From NCBI GenBank assembly GCA_946412015.1, contig CAMKGA010000001.1:1041-65040 (forward strand): a stretch of 64,000 bases of DNA, read 5' to 3'. Made by a program: the position numbers and the translations under genes. The notes under the pieces are model-generated. The model was not told where the DNA came from and did no database searches. It was given only the letters and a program-made list of their open reading frames with translations. This DNA comes from an uncultured Bacillales bacterium. Its GTDB lineage: Bacteria > Bacillota_I > Bacilli_A > RF39 > UBA660. Positions 1-9,015 of this stretch are shown in pieces. Positions within the stretch are counted from its first letter, which is position 1. The number at the start of each line of letters is the position of its first letter.

Positions 1-711
1 TGTATGTGGAGATAATTCCTTTTTTATACCTTTTTCCTTAGCTATTGATTTAATTATTTTAAAAAAGCCTTGTCTAGTCATTTTTTTACCATGATTATTT
101 AAAAATAGGTAATCATTAATCTCTTTTTTTAAAAAAGTATGTCTAATACTTAAATAATTAATAATTGCTTCTTTAGCATAATCACCAATAGGGATTATTC
201 TTTCTTTACTCCCCTTCCCTATTGTTCTTACAATATCTTCATTAATATCTATATCATATGTTTTTAAATTTATTAATTCAGATACTCTAAGTCCTGATGC
301 GTACATTAATTCAAGCATCGCCTTATTTCTTATTGAATAATTATCTGTTATTTTTATATCAAGTATTTTATTTACCTCTTCAATAGAAAGAACATTAGGT
401 AGCTTCTTAGACATTTTTAAAGTAGTAATACTCTCCATAGGACTTATATCAACGTAATTATTTATTATTAAAAATTTATAAAATGATCTTAAGCTCGAGA
501 TATTTCTAGCTATAGATCTTTCATTGTGATTATTTTCTTTCAAATACTTTAAATAATCTTTGATTATATTAGTATCAATGTTTTTAATACTTTTTTTAGC
601 AAACTTATCAAACATTGTTATATCTCTTCTATATGAATCAATAGTATTTTGACTATAATTTTTATCAATCAATAAATATGTACAAAATAAATTTATTAAT
701 TCTTCTAACAT
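1..711 (-). CDS. xerD: Tyrosine site-specific recombinase, XerD/XerC-like (N-terminal 237 codons; C-terminal catalytic end runs off the left edge)
   Basis: Absent from the ORF track because no stop lies in the window. Hand translation of the minus strand from ATG at 711 gives MLEELINLFCTYLLIDKNYSQNTIDSYRRDI...LELMYASGLRVSELINLK...GKGSKERIIPIG...ELSPHT. This is the core-binding domain plus the first catalytic Arg box of Xer-type recombinases. The frame is open to position 1. Confidence 0.75.
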   Translation of the reverse strand, partial: MLEELINLFCTYLLIDKNYSQNTIDSYRRDITMFDKFAKKSIKNIDTNIIKDYLKYLKENNHNERSIARNISSLRSFYKFLIINNYVDISPMESITTLKMSKKLPNVLSIEEVNKILDIKITDNYSIRNKAMLELMYASGLRVSELINLKTYDIDINEDIVRTIGKGSKERIIPIGDYAKEAIINYLSIRHTFLKKEINDYLFLNNHGKKMTRQGFFKIIKSIAKEKGIKKELSPHT

Positions 712-754
712 ATAATCACCATACATATTATATCAAAAAAATACTTTTTTTTCA

Positions 755-1612
755 TTAATTAAATAATTTATATGCTTTTGTTTTTTTTAAACATTTCTGG
801 TAAAAATCTAGTTCATTCCTGTTTACAGGCATTCCATATAATAATCTTTTTGCTGTTTTAAAATTATTTTTTTCTTCATTAATATCAATTAGTTCATCAA
901 ATGGAATAAGTTCAACTTTGTTTTCATTAGCAACCTCAATTCTTATATTAAAGAATTTTTCTAATGGGCATATTATTTTATTTCTTTTCACATCATATTC
1001 CTCTACAATATGTTCTAATCTATGATAGTTTAAATAACCAATAACTACTCTATTATTTTGTACTACCTTAGAATATTTATAAATCATATTAATTGATTTT
1101 ATATATGCAAACCTTTCATCAGGACTGCAGTAGTAATAATCTAATTGATTATTATACTCTTTCTCTAAATCAAATAAATATTTATTAACTTTATCTTCAT
1201 CTACATTTTCATCAATATAATGATTAAATGATAAATTAAGTAATCTTGCTTCTATATTATTTATGTTACTATCTACAATTTTATATTGCTTTGCATGTTC
1301 TATTTCATGATATATTGATTCAAGCAGTAATAAATTTACTAAACTTATATAAGACTTATTATCCATTTTTTTCTTTAAAACGTGTAAAAGAGAGTTTAAT
1401 AATTCTTTTTCATTTTTTAAATTAATAGCAATTACCTTATCATAATAACTATAATAGGAATCACCATTATTTATTATAAATATATTATTTATCTGATTGT
1501 CTAATTGATATTCATTAATTAATTCTTCTATTGAAGAAAACGCAAAATGTTCATCTATTATTTTATTACTTTCGTTATAAATGTATAATCTTCCTAAAAT
1601 ATTATTATTCAT
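755..1612 (-). CDS. Hypothetical protein with a single HExxH metallopeptidase-like motif (ORFan)
   Basis: 285-aa ORF. Motif ESIYHEIEHAKQYK with a downstream acidic segment CSPDERFAY. No signal peptide or TM segment seen. Family not recognised. Confidence 0.45.
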   Translation of the reverse strand: MNNNILGRLYIYNESNKIIDEHFAFSSIEELINEYQLDNQINNIFIINNGDSYYSYYDKVIAINLKNEKELLNSLLHVLKKKMDNKSYISLVNLLLLESIYHEIEHAKQYKIVDSNINNIEARLLNLSFNHYIDENVDEDKVNKYLFDLEKEYNNQLDYYYCSPDERFAYIKSINMIYKYSKVVQNNRVVIGYLNYHRLEHIVEEYDVKRNKIICPLEKFFNIRIEVANENKVELIPFDELIDINEEKNNFKTAKRLLYGMPVNRNELDFYQKCLKKTKAYKLFN

Positions 1613-1700
1613 AATTCCCCCTATAGCGAATATATTTTAATATATATAATTTTTTTTGTCAAACAAAGTAACATATGCTAAAATATTATTGGGTGATGTT

Positions 1701-2912
1701 ATGGAACCTTTAGCAATAAAAATGCGTCCTAAAAAAATTGAAGATGTAATTGGACAGCACCATTTAATAGGAAATAATAAAGTACTATCAAATATGGTTA
1801 AAAATAATTATATTACATCAATGATTTTATATGGAAAACCTGGTATAGGTAAAACAAGTATAGCTTATGCAATAATAAATAGTTTAAATAAGAAATACAG
1901 AATGCTTAATGCAGTTATAAATAATAAAAAAGATTTTGATATAGTGATTGAAGAAGCTAAGATGTATGGAGAATTAGTTGTTATAATGGATGAAATACAT
2001 AGAATGAATAAAGATAAACAAGATTTACTTCTTCCATATTTAGAAAGTGGTTTAATTATATTAATAGGATTAACGACATCAAATCCATATCATAGTATAA
2101 ATCCTGCTATTAGATCTAGATGTCAAATATTTGAGTTAAATCCGCTTACTACAGATGATGTAAAGATAGGAATAAATAGAGTTATTGATAGTAAAATACT
2201 AGATAATATTAAAATAGATGAATATTCAATTAAATATATATGTGATCTTTCTGGTGGAGATTTAAGGTATGCATATAATTTACTAGAACTTGCATATTAT
2301 TCTAGTAGTAATAAAAAAATTACTAAAGAACAAATAAAATCATTAGAAAATAAAGGTAACTTTTTTCATGATAAAGATTCTGATGGTTATTATGATGCAA
2401 TTAGTGCATTTCAAAAAAGTATTAGAGGATCTGATGTTGATGCAGCTATTCATTATCTTGCAAGATTAATTCAGGCTGGAGACTTAGATATTATCTATAG
2501 AAGAATGAGCGTTATTGCATATGAAGATATAGGCCTTGCTAACCCCATGATGGGAGTTAAGGTTGATGCAGCAATTAACGCCTGTGAAAGATTAGGTCTT
2601 CCAGAAGCTCAAATAATACTGTCTAACGTGGTAATTGAACTTGCATTGTCTCCTAAATCGAACAGTGCTTATTTAGCTGTCAGTGAGGCTTTAAATGATA
2701 TAAATAAGGGCATATGTGGAAATGTTCCTAAACATTTAAGAACGAACAGTCCAAATTATTTATATGCTCATAATTATGAAAACCATGTTGTAAAGCAACA
2801 ATATTTACCTGACAATATAAAAAATAAAAGATATTATAAACCCCAAAATAATAAAAATGAAAAATCATTAAAACAAATTAATGATAAACTAAAAAAGATA
2901 ATTAATGAATAA
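1701..2912 (+). CDS. rarA: Replication-associated recombination protein A (RarA/MgsA AAA+ ATPase)
   Basis: The track ORF begins at TTG 1656, but ATG 1701 (MEPLAIKMRPKKIEDVIGQ) is preferred. Walker A GKPGIGKTS, Walker B VVIMDEIH, SRCQIF, and C-terminal MgsA-type helical domain FQKSIRGSDVDAAIHYLARL. Confidence 0.85.
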   Translation: MEPLAIKMRPKKIEDVIGQHHLIGNNKVLSNMVKNNYITSMILYGKPGIGKTSIAYAIINSLNKKYRMLNAVINNKKDFDIVIEEAKMYGELVVIMDEIHRMNKDKQDLLLPYLESGLIILIGLTTSNPYHSINPAIRSRCQIFELNPLTTDDVKIGINRVIDSKILDNIKIDEYSIKYICDLSGGDLRYAYNLLELAYYSSSNKKITKEQIKSLENKGNFFHDKDSDGYYDAISAFQKSIRGSDVDAAIHYLARLIQAGDLDIIYRRMSVIAYEDIGLANPMMGVKVDAAINACERLGLPEAQIILSNVVIELALSPKSNSAYLAVSEALNDINKGICGNVPKHLRTNSPNYLYAHNYENHVVKQQYLPDNIKNKRYYKPQNNKNEKSLKQINDKLKKIINE

Positions 2913-2922
2913 TTACCTTTTT

Positions 2923-3846
2923 TTATATTCTAATCAAAAATAATTCTAGTGCTAAATTTTTATCAATTTCACCAGATTTTATTTTTATATCTAAATCAGC
3001 AAGTTCTTCTAAATATTTTAATAATACAGAATCACTATATTTTAATGATTTTTGTATAGCTAAATGAACAGGATATTTTTTTACTTGCAAAATATTGGCC
3101 ATATCATCTTCATTATATCCTTTTTTTCTTAATATTTTAACCTGATACATCAATCTAAACTGATTCGCAAGCATAACTATAATTTTAATAGGTTCCTCCC
3201 CTATTTTTAACATTTCTTTATATGTTTTAATAGACTCTGTTTTATTTTTATTTATTATATTATCAATAAATGTAAAAATATTTATATCAATTTTTTTAAT
3301 AGTACAATCTATAACATCCTTATCAGTTATAATTTTATCATTTATTTTATAAATCATAATTTTATTAGCTTCTTGATATATTCTATCTATATCATTATCA
3401 GCTCTTTTAATAAGTAAATTAATTGTATTATTACTTATTTGATAATCTTTAAATAGATTCTTTACATAGTTATTAATATTATTAGTCCGATTTAATTTTT
3501 CAATTTTTCCTTTTTCACTTATTAATTTAAAAATCTTTCTTCTTGAATCTACCGTATCACTATAAGAAACAAATATTAATATTGTACTAGGATTATAATT
3601 TAAAATATAATTCTCAAGATTCTTTGTTTCAATATTTTTTTTTCCACTAAATATTAATTCATTTTCAACTATTATCATTTTTTTTGAATCAAATAATGAG
3701 ATGGTATTAGCATCCTCAACTATATTTTCAATACTATCATCTATTGTATATTTTGATATATTTATATCTTCTATTTTTTCTTTTTGTTTTATTTTATCAA
3801 TATAAGAATCTATAAGTGTTTTTACTCCGTATAATAAATATATCAT
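2923..3846 (-). CDS. holA: DNA polymerase III delta subunit
   Basis: 307 aa. The C-terminal half is collinear with Bacillus HolA/YqeN (EEPIKIIVMLANQFRLMYQVK ... ELADLDIKIKSGEIDKNLALELFL). The start codon overlaps the smc stop (ATGA, 3843-3846). Confidence 0.75.
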   Translation of the reverse strand: MIYLLYGVKTLIDSYIDKIKQKEKIEDINISKYTIDDSIENIVEDANTISLFDSKKMIIVENELIFSGKKNIETKNLENYILNYNPSTILIFVSYSDTVDSRRKIFKLISEKGKIEKLNRTNNINNYVKNLFKDYQISNNTINLLIKRADNDIDRIYQEANKIMIYKINDKIITDKDVIDCTIKKIDINIFTFIDNIINKNKTESIKTYKEMLKIGEEPIKIIVMLANQFRLMYQVKILRKKGYNEDDMANILQVKKYPVHLAIQKSLKYSDSVLLKYLEELADLDIKIKSGEIDKNLALELFLIRI

Positions 3847-6788
3847 TTCATATCCTCTATTTCTTCTAATTTCACACTAACAAGCTTACTAACACCAGAT
3901 TCTTGCATTGTTATTCCATATAGATAATTAGCATATTCCATCGTTTTTTTCTTATGTGTAATAACAATAAATTGAGTTTTTTCTTTTAATTTTAACAAAT
4001 ATTCTCCAAACGCTTGAACATTAACCTCATCTAGTGCAGCTTCAACCTCATCAAGCACACAAAATGGCATTATTCTTGTTTTTAAGATTGCAAATAATAA
4101 AGAAATTGCAGTAAATGTTTTTTCACCGCCACTAAGTAAACTTATACTTTTTAATGTTTTACCTGGAGGAGATGCAATTATTTCTATCCCTGTTTCTAAT
4201 AGATTTTCTTTATCTGTTAGTTCTAAATGAGCTTGTCCACCTTTAAATAATTCTTTAAATGTTTCTTCAAAATTACTATTTATTATATTAAAAGTATTTA
4301 AAAATTCTTTTTTCATAACTTGATCCATATCATTTATTATTTCTATCAAAGTATTTTTTGCCTCTGCCAAATCATTCTGTTGATTTAACAAGAATTCGTA
4401 TCTTTCACTAATTCTATCGTATTCTTCTATTGCACCTATATTAATACTTCCTAAAGAATTAATTTTCCTTTTTATTACACTAATTTTATTTCTAGCTTTA
4501 CTATCATCAATTTCTAATTTGTATAAACTTTTAGCTTTCTCATATGTTAAATTATATTCTTCATTTAATAAATTTAATAAATGATCAAGTTTCACATCAT
4601 ATCTATTTACTTCAATTTCTAAATTTTTTAATTGTTCATTTTTTTCTGCATATATATTATTTTCTTTTTTTATCGAAAATTCATAATTGCTAAGTGCATC
4701 TTCTAATTCCTTTTTTTCACTCATTAATCTATCTAAATCATTTATAATAGTATTTTTTTCATTTACTGCTTCATAATACTTATTAATGATATTTTCTTCT
4801 TCTATAGATAAATTATTATTAATTATACTATTAGTACCATTTATGTCATTATTAATTTTTAAAAGCTTTTGATTATAATTATCAAGAGTTGTATTTCTAA
4901 TGTTTATTTCATCTTCTACTATAAGTAAATTTTTATTATTTAAATATAATTCATCTTCTATATTTTGGATATTATAGTCAATATCATTTATTGAATTTTC
5001 TATATCTTTTACTAAATTTAATATAATATTTGCTTCATTAATTTTTTTCTCAAGTTCATATTTATCTAAAATTACATTTCTAATTTTTAAATTTCCACCT
5101 GTTATTGAACCACCAGTATTAATTATATCTCCATCTAGAGTAACTATTCTATTTGAAAAATGAATTTTTTTACTTAACTCATTTGCGGTATCAATATTAT
5201 CTACAACTATTACATTTCCAAGCAAATGATCAATTATATTTTTATATTTATTATCACAATTTACAAGTTTAGATGCAACATTAATAAATCCTTTAATGTT
5301 TAACTTATCTTTAACAAAATCACTTAAATCTTTTGGTTTCATGTTATTTAAAGGCAAAAATGTAGCTCTACCCAATTTATTTTCTTTTAAGTAGTTTATA
5401 GCTTCTTTAGCACAAGTATCATTATCTATAATTATAGAAGATGTTGAGGATGCAAGGGAAATGCTTATAGCTTTAGAATACATCTCATCAACTTCTATTA
5501 TATTTCCAACAGTATTGTGAATACCACGTAATTTAGGATTATCTAAAATACATTTTACAGCATAAGGTATATTAGAATTATTATCTATTCTTTCTCTTAA
5601 AGCATCAATATCATTTTTATTTTTGTTTTGTCTTAAAATATTTCTATTTAATTCTTGAATCAAATTATCTTTTTTTTCTTTTATTTCATTTAAATTTTTA
5701 TTATTAACATTTATTTTATCTTCTATTTTTTCTTTTTCAATATTTTTATTATCAAGTTCTCTTAAAGTAGTACTAATATCATTTTTTAACTGTTGTTGTT
5801 CTTCTTTTAGTGCAACAATATTATTATGCAGTTTATAATCATCAACTTGATATTTCTTTCTTTCTAATAGAATATTCTTTTCACTATTTATTTTTTCTAC
5901 TTTTTCTGTTATCTCTAATAAACTTTTATTCAATTCTTTTATTTTTGAATCTTTATTTGTTATATTAAGTTTTAAATCCATTGTCTTTGCTTCATTTACT
6001 GAGTTGTTAGTAGAAAGCATTGTTAATTCTTCTTTTAATTTATCAACTTTATCTTTATCAGTCTGATATATACTATTTATATTTGTAATATCTAAAACAG
6101 CTAAAGAAATTTCAATTTTTTTTAATTCTTCACTTAATTCTTGATATTCCAAAGCTTTTTCTTTTTGTTCTTTTAATGGATTAATTTGAGTTTCTAATTC
6201 TGAGATAATATCGTTTACTCTATCCATATTATTATTTGTTCTATCAAGCTTTCTTAATGCTTCTTCTTTTCTTTTTTTATATTTAATTACGCCAGCTGCT
6301 TCTTCAAAAATAGTTCTTCTAGATTCTGGCTTACTAGATAATATTTCTTCTATTTTTCCTTGTGAAATTATATTAAAACTTTCTTTAGCTATGCCACTAT
6401 CTAATAATATGTCATTTATATCTTTTAATCTTACTTTTTCTCCATTTAAAAAATATTCATTAGTTCCATCTTTATAAAGCCTTCTTTTTATTGATACTTC
6501 ATCAAAATTAATAGGCAGGTAGTTATCAGTATTATCAAACACTAGTGTAATACTTGCAATATTCATACCATTCCTACTTTTAGATCCTGAAAAAATAACA
6601 TCAGTCATCGAATCTCCTCTAAGTGATTTTATCGACTGCTCTCCTAATACCCATCTTATAGCATCAACAACATTACTTTTTCCAGAACCATTAGGGCCAA
6701 CTATACCAGATATATTATTATTAAATTCAATTACTGTATTATCAGCAAACGACTTAAAACCATGTGCAATTAATTTTTTTAAATACAT
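3843..6788 (-). CDS. smc: Chromosome condensation/segregation ATPase SMC (short, 981 aa)
   Basis: N-terminal head FKSFADNTVIEFNNNISGIVGPNGSGKSNVVDAIRWVLGEQS, hinge GRATFLPLN, C-terminal signature LSGGEKTFTAISLLFAI and Walker B FCVLDEVEAALD. Long K/E/L/N heptad-rich arms lie between. Confidence 0.9.
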   Translation of the reverse strand: MYLKKLIAHGFKSFADNTVIEFNNNISGIVGPNGSGKSNVVDAIRWVLGEQSIKSLRGDSMTDVIFSGSKSRNGMNIASITLVFDNTDNYLPINFDEVSIKRRLYKDGTNEYFLNGEKVRLKDINDILLDSGIAKESFNIISQGKIEEILSSKPESRRTIFEEAAGVIKYKKRKEEALRKLDRTNNNMDRVNDIISELETQINPLKEQKEKALEYQELSEELKKIEISLAVLDITNINSIYQTDKDKVDKLKEELTMLSTNNSVNEAKTMDLKLNITNKDSKIKELNKSLLEITEKVEKINSEKNILLERKKYQVDDYKLHNNIVALKEEQQQLKNDISTTLRELDNKNIEKEKIEDKINVNNKNLNEIKEKKDNLIQELNRNILRQNKNKNDIDALRERIDNNSNIPYAVKCILDNPKLRGIHNTVGNIIEVDEMYSKAISISLASSTSSIIIDNDTCAKEAINYLKENKLGRATFLPLNNMKPKDLSDFVKDKLNIKGFINVASKLVNCDNKYKNIIDHLLGNVIVVDNIDTANELSKKIHFSNRIVTLDGDIINTGGSITGGNLKIRNVILDKYELEKKINEANIILNLVKDIENSINDIDYNIQNIEDELYLNNKNLLIVEDEINIRNTTLDNYNQKLLKINNDINGTNSIINNNLSIEEENIINKYYEAVNEKNTIINDLDRLMSEKKELEDALSNYEFSIKKENNIYAEKNEQLKNLEIEVNRYDVKLDHLLNLLNEEYNLTYEKAKSLYKLEIDDSKARNKISVIKRKINSLGSINIGAIEEYDRISERYEFLLNQQNDLAEAKNTLIEIINDMDQVMKKEFLNTFNIINSNFEETFKELFKGGQAHLELTDKENLLETGIEIIASPPGKTLKSISLLSGGEKTFTAISLLFAILKTRIMPFCVLDEVEAALDEVNVQAFGEYLLKLKEKTQFIVITHKKKTMEYANYLYGITMQESGVSKLVSVKLEEIEDMK

Positions 6789-6822
6789 CTAAAAACATTC
6801 CCTTCAATCTTCATACTAACTT

Positions 6823-6851
6823 ATTATAACAAATTTAGTTAACAAAAACAA
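6823..6851 (-). promoter_or_regulatory. Sigma-A-type promoter upstream of smc
   Basis: Minus strand reads TTGTTT-N17-TATAAT with a TGT extended -10. RBS GAAGGGAA follows before ATG 6788. Confidence 0.5.
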
Positions 6852-6882
6852 TAAACTATATAATAAAAAAATATTAACAAAA

Positions 6883-7518
6883 TTAATATTTTTTATTAAA
6901 ATAATCGTGTATATCAATTACTTTTTTATTTACTTTTAGTTTGTCATCAGATTTAGTTAAAAGATTTGTTATATATTCAGTAAATTCTATTCTTGAGATA
7001 GGATATAATAACTTATTTTGATATTTTCTATGTGTTTTATATTTTTTCTTTGAATTTTCTCCATTTACAAGAGGAGTGATACCTGTCTCGTTAGATATGT
7101 TTTCTAAATAACTTATATATTCTTCCAATTTTTCTTTTTGTTCTTCTTTTGTTTTATATATTTTTTTATCTGTATCAGTAAGAGAAAAACCTAAGTTATT
7201 TAATGCTTCTTGAACATTATAATTTATGCTAATATCATTTTTAATATCATAAAATTTATATAATTCTTTTACACATTGTCTTTTTTTACCAGGTACTATA
7301 TCATAGCTGTAAATAATTAGCTTATCGTTTATTAATTGATAACCAATTCTATAACAAAAATCATCTAGTTCAATATGGTCAATAAAAATTGCACTATCCC
7401 CTTGTATTTTATAAAAATCACAATAAATAATATCATTTTGTTTGAGTGTTAATACATGTATCGTTCCATAAGGATAACACGGAATAGTACTCATTCCTAA
7501 TAAAAATTCTTGATTCAT
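6883..7518 (-). CDS. Hypothetical protein (ORFan), co-transcribed with the GT4 gene
   Basis: 211-aa ORF starting 1 nt after the GT4 stop codon (TAG at 7522-7524). No recognisable motif. The C-terminal half is K/E-rich. Confidence 0.5.
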   Translation of the reverse strand: MNQEFLLGMSTIPCYPYGTIHVLTLKQNDIIYCDFYKIQGDSAIFIDHIELDDFCYRIGYQLINDKLIIYSYDIVPGKKRQCVKELYKFYDIKNDISINYNVQEALNNLGFSLTDTDKKIYKTKEEQKEKLEEYISYLENISNETGITPLVNGENSKKKYKTHRKYQNKLLYPISRIEFTEYITNLLTKSDDKLKVNKKVIDIHDYFNKKY

Positions 7519-7521
7519 AAA

Positions 7522-8541
7522 CTACCTATTTTCTTCTAATACTTCCTTATATATATCAATTAATTCTTTACCAACTTTTTTTATATCGTGTTCTTGAGCA
7601 ACTTTATATCCTTCTTGAGTTAAATCGGGAAGTTCATTATTTATAACCTTTCTAATTTTATCTTCAAAATCATCTATATCTGATGCTTTATATACATTAA
7701 CTCCATCAGTAAGCCAATCTTCAAATACACCAATATCTCTTACTATTGCTTTAGCCTTCATGCTACAAGCTTCTAATATTGGTATTCCTTCTGTTTCCTC
7801 TAATGTAGGAAAAATAAACAAATCACAGCCACTATAAGCTCCAATTAATTCAGTTGGTTCAACATAACCAGGAAACAATAAATTATCTAATTTAGAATTT
7901 ACAGCCTTTCTAACCTTGGAAGGAGATGCAGCAAGAGGTGAATGTCCAAACCAAATAAATTTATATTCTGGCATTCTTTTAGCAAGTTCAACAAAATCAA
8001 GTATCCCTTTTCTTTCAATATATAGTCCGACACCTATAATTACCTTATCGCTTTTTTTATAACCATATTTTTTTCTAAACTTTTTACCTTCATACTCATT
8101 ACGTTTAAAGAAATTAGTATCAACTCCATTACTAATGGCAGTAATTGGAACTTCAATCCCATAACCCTCTAATAATCTCTTAGAATAAGGAGTTGGTGTA
8201 AGAATTCTATCACCTAGTGAATAACAAGTTATTAACCACTGTTTAAATGGTTGAGAAACTAAATTAGAACCAATAAACGAGTTTCTAAAATCTTCTTCTG
8301 TTGAATGAGCATGATAAATTACTATTTTTCCTTCTTTTTTTGCTTTTTTAGCAAAAAGATATGACTTTGGACCATAGTAATTTATATGCAATATATCATA
8401 ATCATCATCTAAATCAGTTGTATATTCAACATTGTTTTCCTCAAGTGCACGCATCTGATGCTTAATTGCTTTCCCTAGACCTGATTTACTTAATGTTTTT
8501 AATCCTTCTGTATATAATAATACTTTCAAATTTATCACCAA
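7522..8541 (-). CDS. Family 4 (GT-B) glycosyltransferase, glycolipid-synthase-like
   Basis: 339 aa. EX7E-type motif ETEGIPILEA and overall GT4 layout. Resembles the glucosyl-diacylglycerol synthase type of low-GC Gram-positives. The substrate cannot be assigned from sequence alone. Confidence 0.7.
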   Translation of the reverse strand: MVINLKVLLYTEGLKTLSKSGLGKAIKHQMRALEENNVEYTTDLDDDYDILHINYYGPKSYLFAKKAKKEGKIVIYHAHSTEEDFRNSFIGSNLVSQPFKQWLITCYSLGDRILTPTPYSKRLLEGYGIEVPITAISNGVDTNFFKRNEYEGKKFRKKYGYKKSDKVIIGVGLYIERKGILDFVELAKRMPEYKFIWFGHSPLAASPSKVRKAVNSKLDNLLFPGYVEPTELIGAYSGCDLFIFPTLEETEGIPILEACSMKAKAIVRDIGVFEDWLTDGVNVYKASDIDDFEDKIRKVINNELPDLTQEGYKVAQEHDIKKVGKELIDIYKEVLEENR

Positions 8542-8577
8542 AGTTATTATAGCACATTTTAATATATTTTAAAACAA

Positions 8578-8808
8578 TTAAGTCTTAAGATTCACAAGTA
8601 TTACATCTTGCCCTATTTTTTCAATTTGATTCCATTTAATACTAATCTCTCCGCTACTTGAAAATCTCGAAATTAAAAATTTACTTTTCTCAACAATAAT
8701 ATCATCAGATATTCCTTTTTGATTTATATTTATATCTATTATATTTCCAATCATTTTACCATCATTTATATTTATGACACTTTTGTTTTGCAACTCGGAT
8801 AAGCGCAT
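8578..8808 (-). CDS. ylmC: YlmC/YmxH family PRC-barrel sporulation protein
   Basis: 76 aa, MRLSELQNKSVININDGKMIGNIIDININ...ISIKWNQIEKIGQDVILVNL, collinear with Bacillus YlmC. It lies downstream of sigG, as in Bacillus. Confidence 0.75.
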   Translation of the reverse strand: MRLSELQNKSVININDGKMIGNIIDININQKGISDDIIVEKSKFLISRFSSSGEISIKWNQIEKIGQDVILVNLKT

Positions 8809-8830
8809 TTTATCACCAGTAAATTATATG

Positions 8831-8856
8831 CAAAAAAAAGAGGATATTAATCCTCA
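8831..8856 (-). terminator. Rho-independent terminator 22 nt upstream of the ylmC start
   Basis: Minus strand GAGGAT-TAAT-ATCCTC followed by TTTTTTTT (plus-strand A8 at 8832-8839). Confidence 0.7.
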
Positions 8857-8938
8857 AAATTCAGTAGAGATTACTAGCAACTGAATTTTTAGCGCATTTG
8901 ATGATTACTGTTTAGAATGCGCATACCCATATGAGTAC
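8832..8938 (-). ncRNA. Candidate ~105-nt structured leader or small RNA (two hairpins plus terminator)
   Basis: It lies downstream of the promoter at 8945-8973. Hairpin 1 is GCGCAUU/AAUGCGC (8892-8922). Hairpin 2 is AAAAUUCAGU/ACUGAAUUUU (8856-8889). Both loops carry AGUAAUC. The element ends in the terminator at 8831-8856. Not recognised as a known RNA family. Confidence 0.4.
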
Positions 8939-8944
8939 AACATT

Positions 8945-8973
8945 ATTTTAACATATGTAAAAAGATTATTCAA
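8945..8973 (-). promoter_or_regulatory. Sigma-A-type promoter in the sigG-ylmC spacer
   Basis: Minus strand TTGAAT-N17-TAAAAT with a TGT extended -10 element. Confidence 0.55.
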
Positions 8974-9015
8974 GTGATTATTCAACAATTTTTTACAGTA
9001 TTGTTGCATAAAGCA

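Noticed and set aside
1-711. The tyrosine recombinase as an integrase marking a mobile element
   Set aside because: The sequence is Xer-like throughout. The flanking genes (rarA, holA, smc) are core, and no phage, IS, att-like repeat or tRNA is nearby. It is most simply the housekeeping XerD/XerC. This cannot be fully excluded because the left flank is outside the window.
8823-8828. Good -10 boxes very close to start codons: TATAAT at 8823-8828 before ylmC, TGATATAAT at 18015-18023 before murG, and TGTTAAAAT at 24622-24630 before nusB
   Set aside because: In each case the predicted transcription start would fall on or inside the ribosome-binding site, and the -35 region is poor or lies inside a terminator hairpin. 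In DNA this AT-rich, TATAAT-like hexamers occur by chance. They are therefore not called as promoters.
8983-9006. Hairpin CAACAAT-(10 nt)-ATTGTTG just after the sigG stop as the sigG terminator
   Set aside because: The stem is only 7 bp, mostly A-U, and is followed by AATAATCAC rather than a U tract. It may slow or stabilise the transcript, but it does not qualify as an intrinsic terminator.
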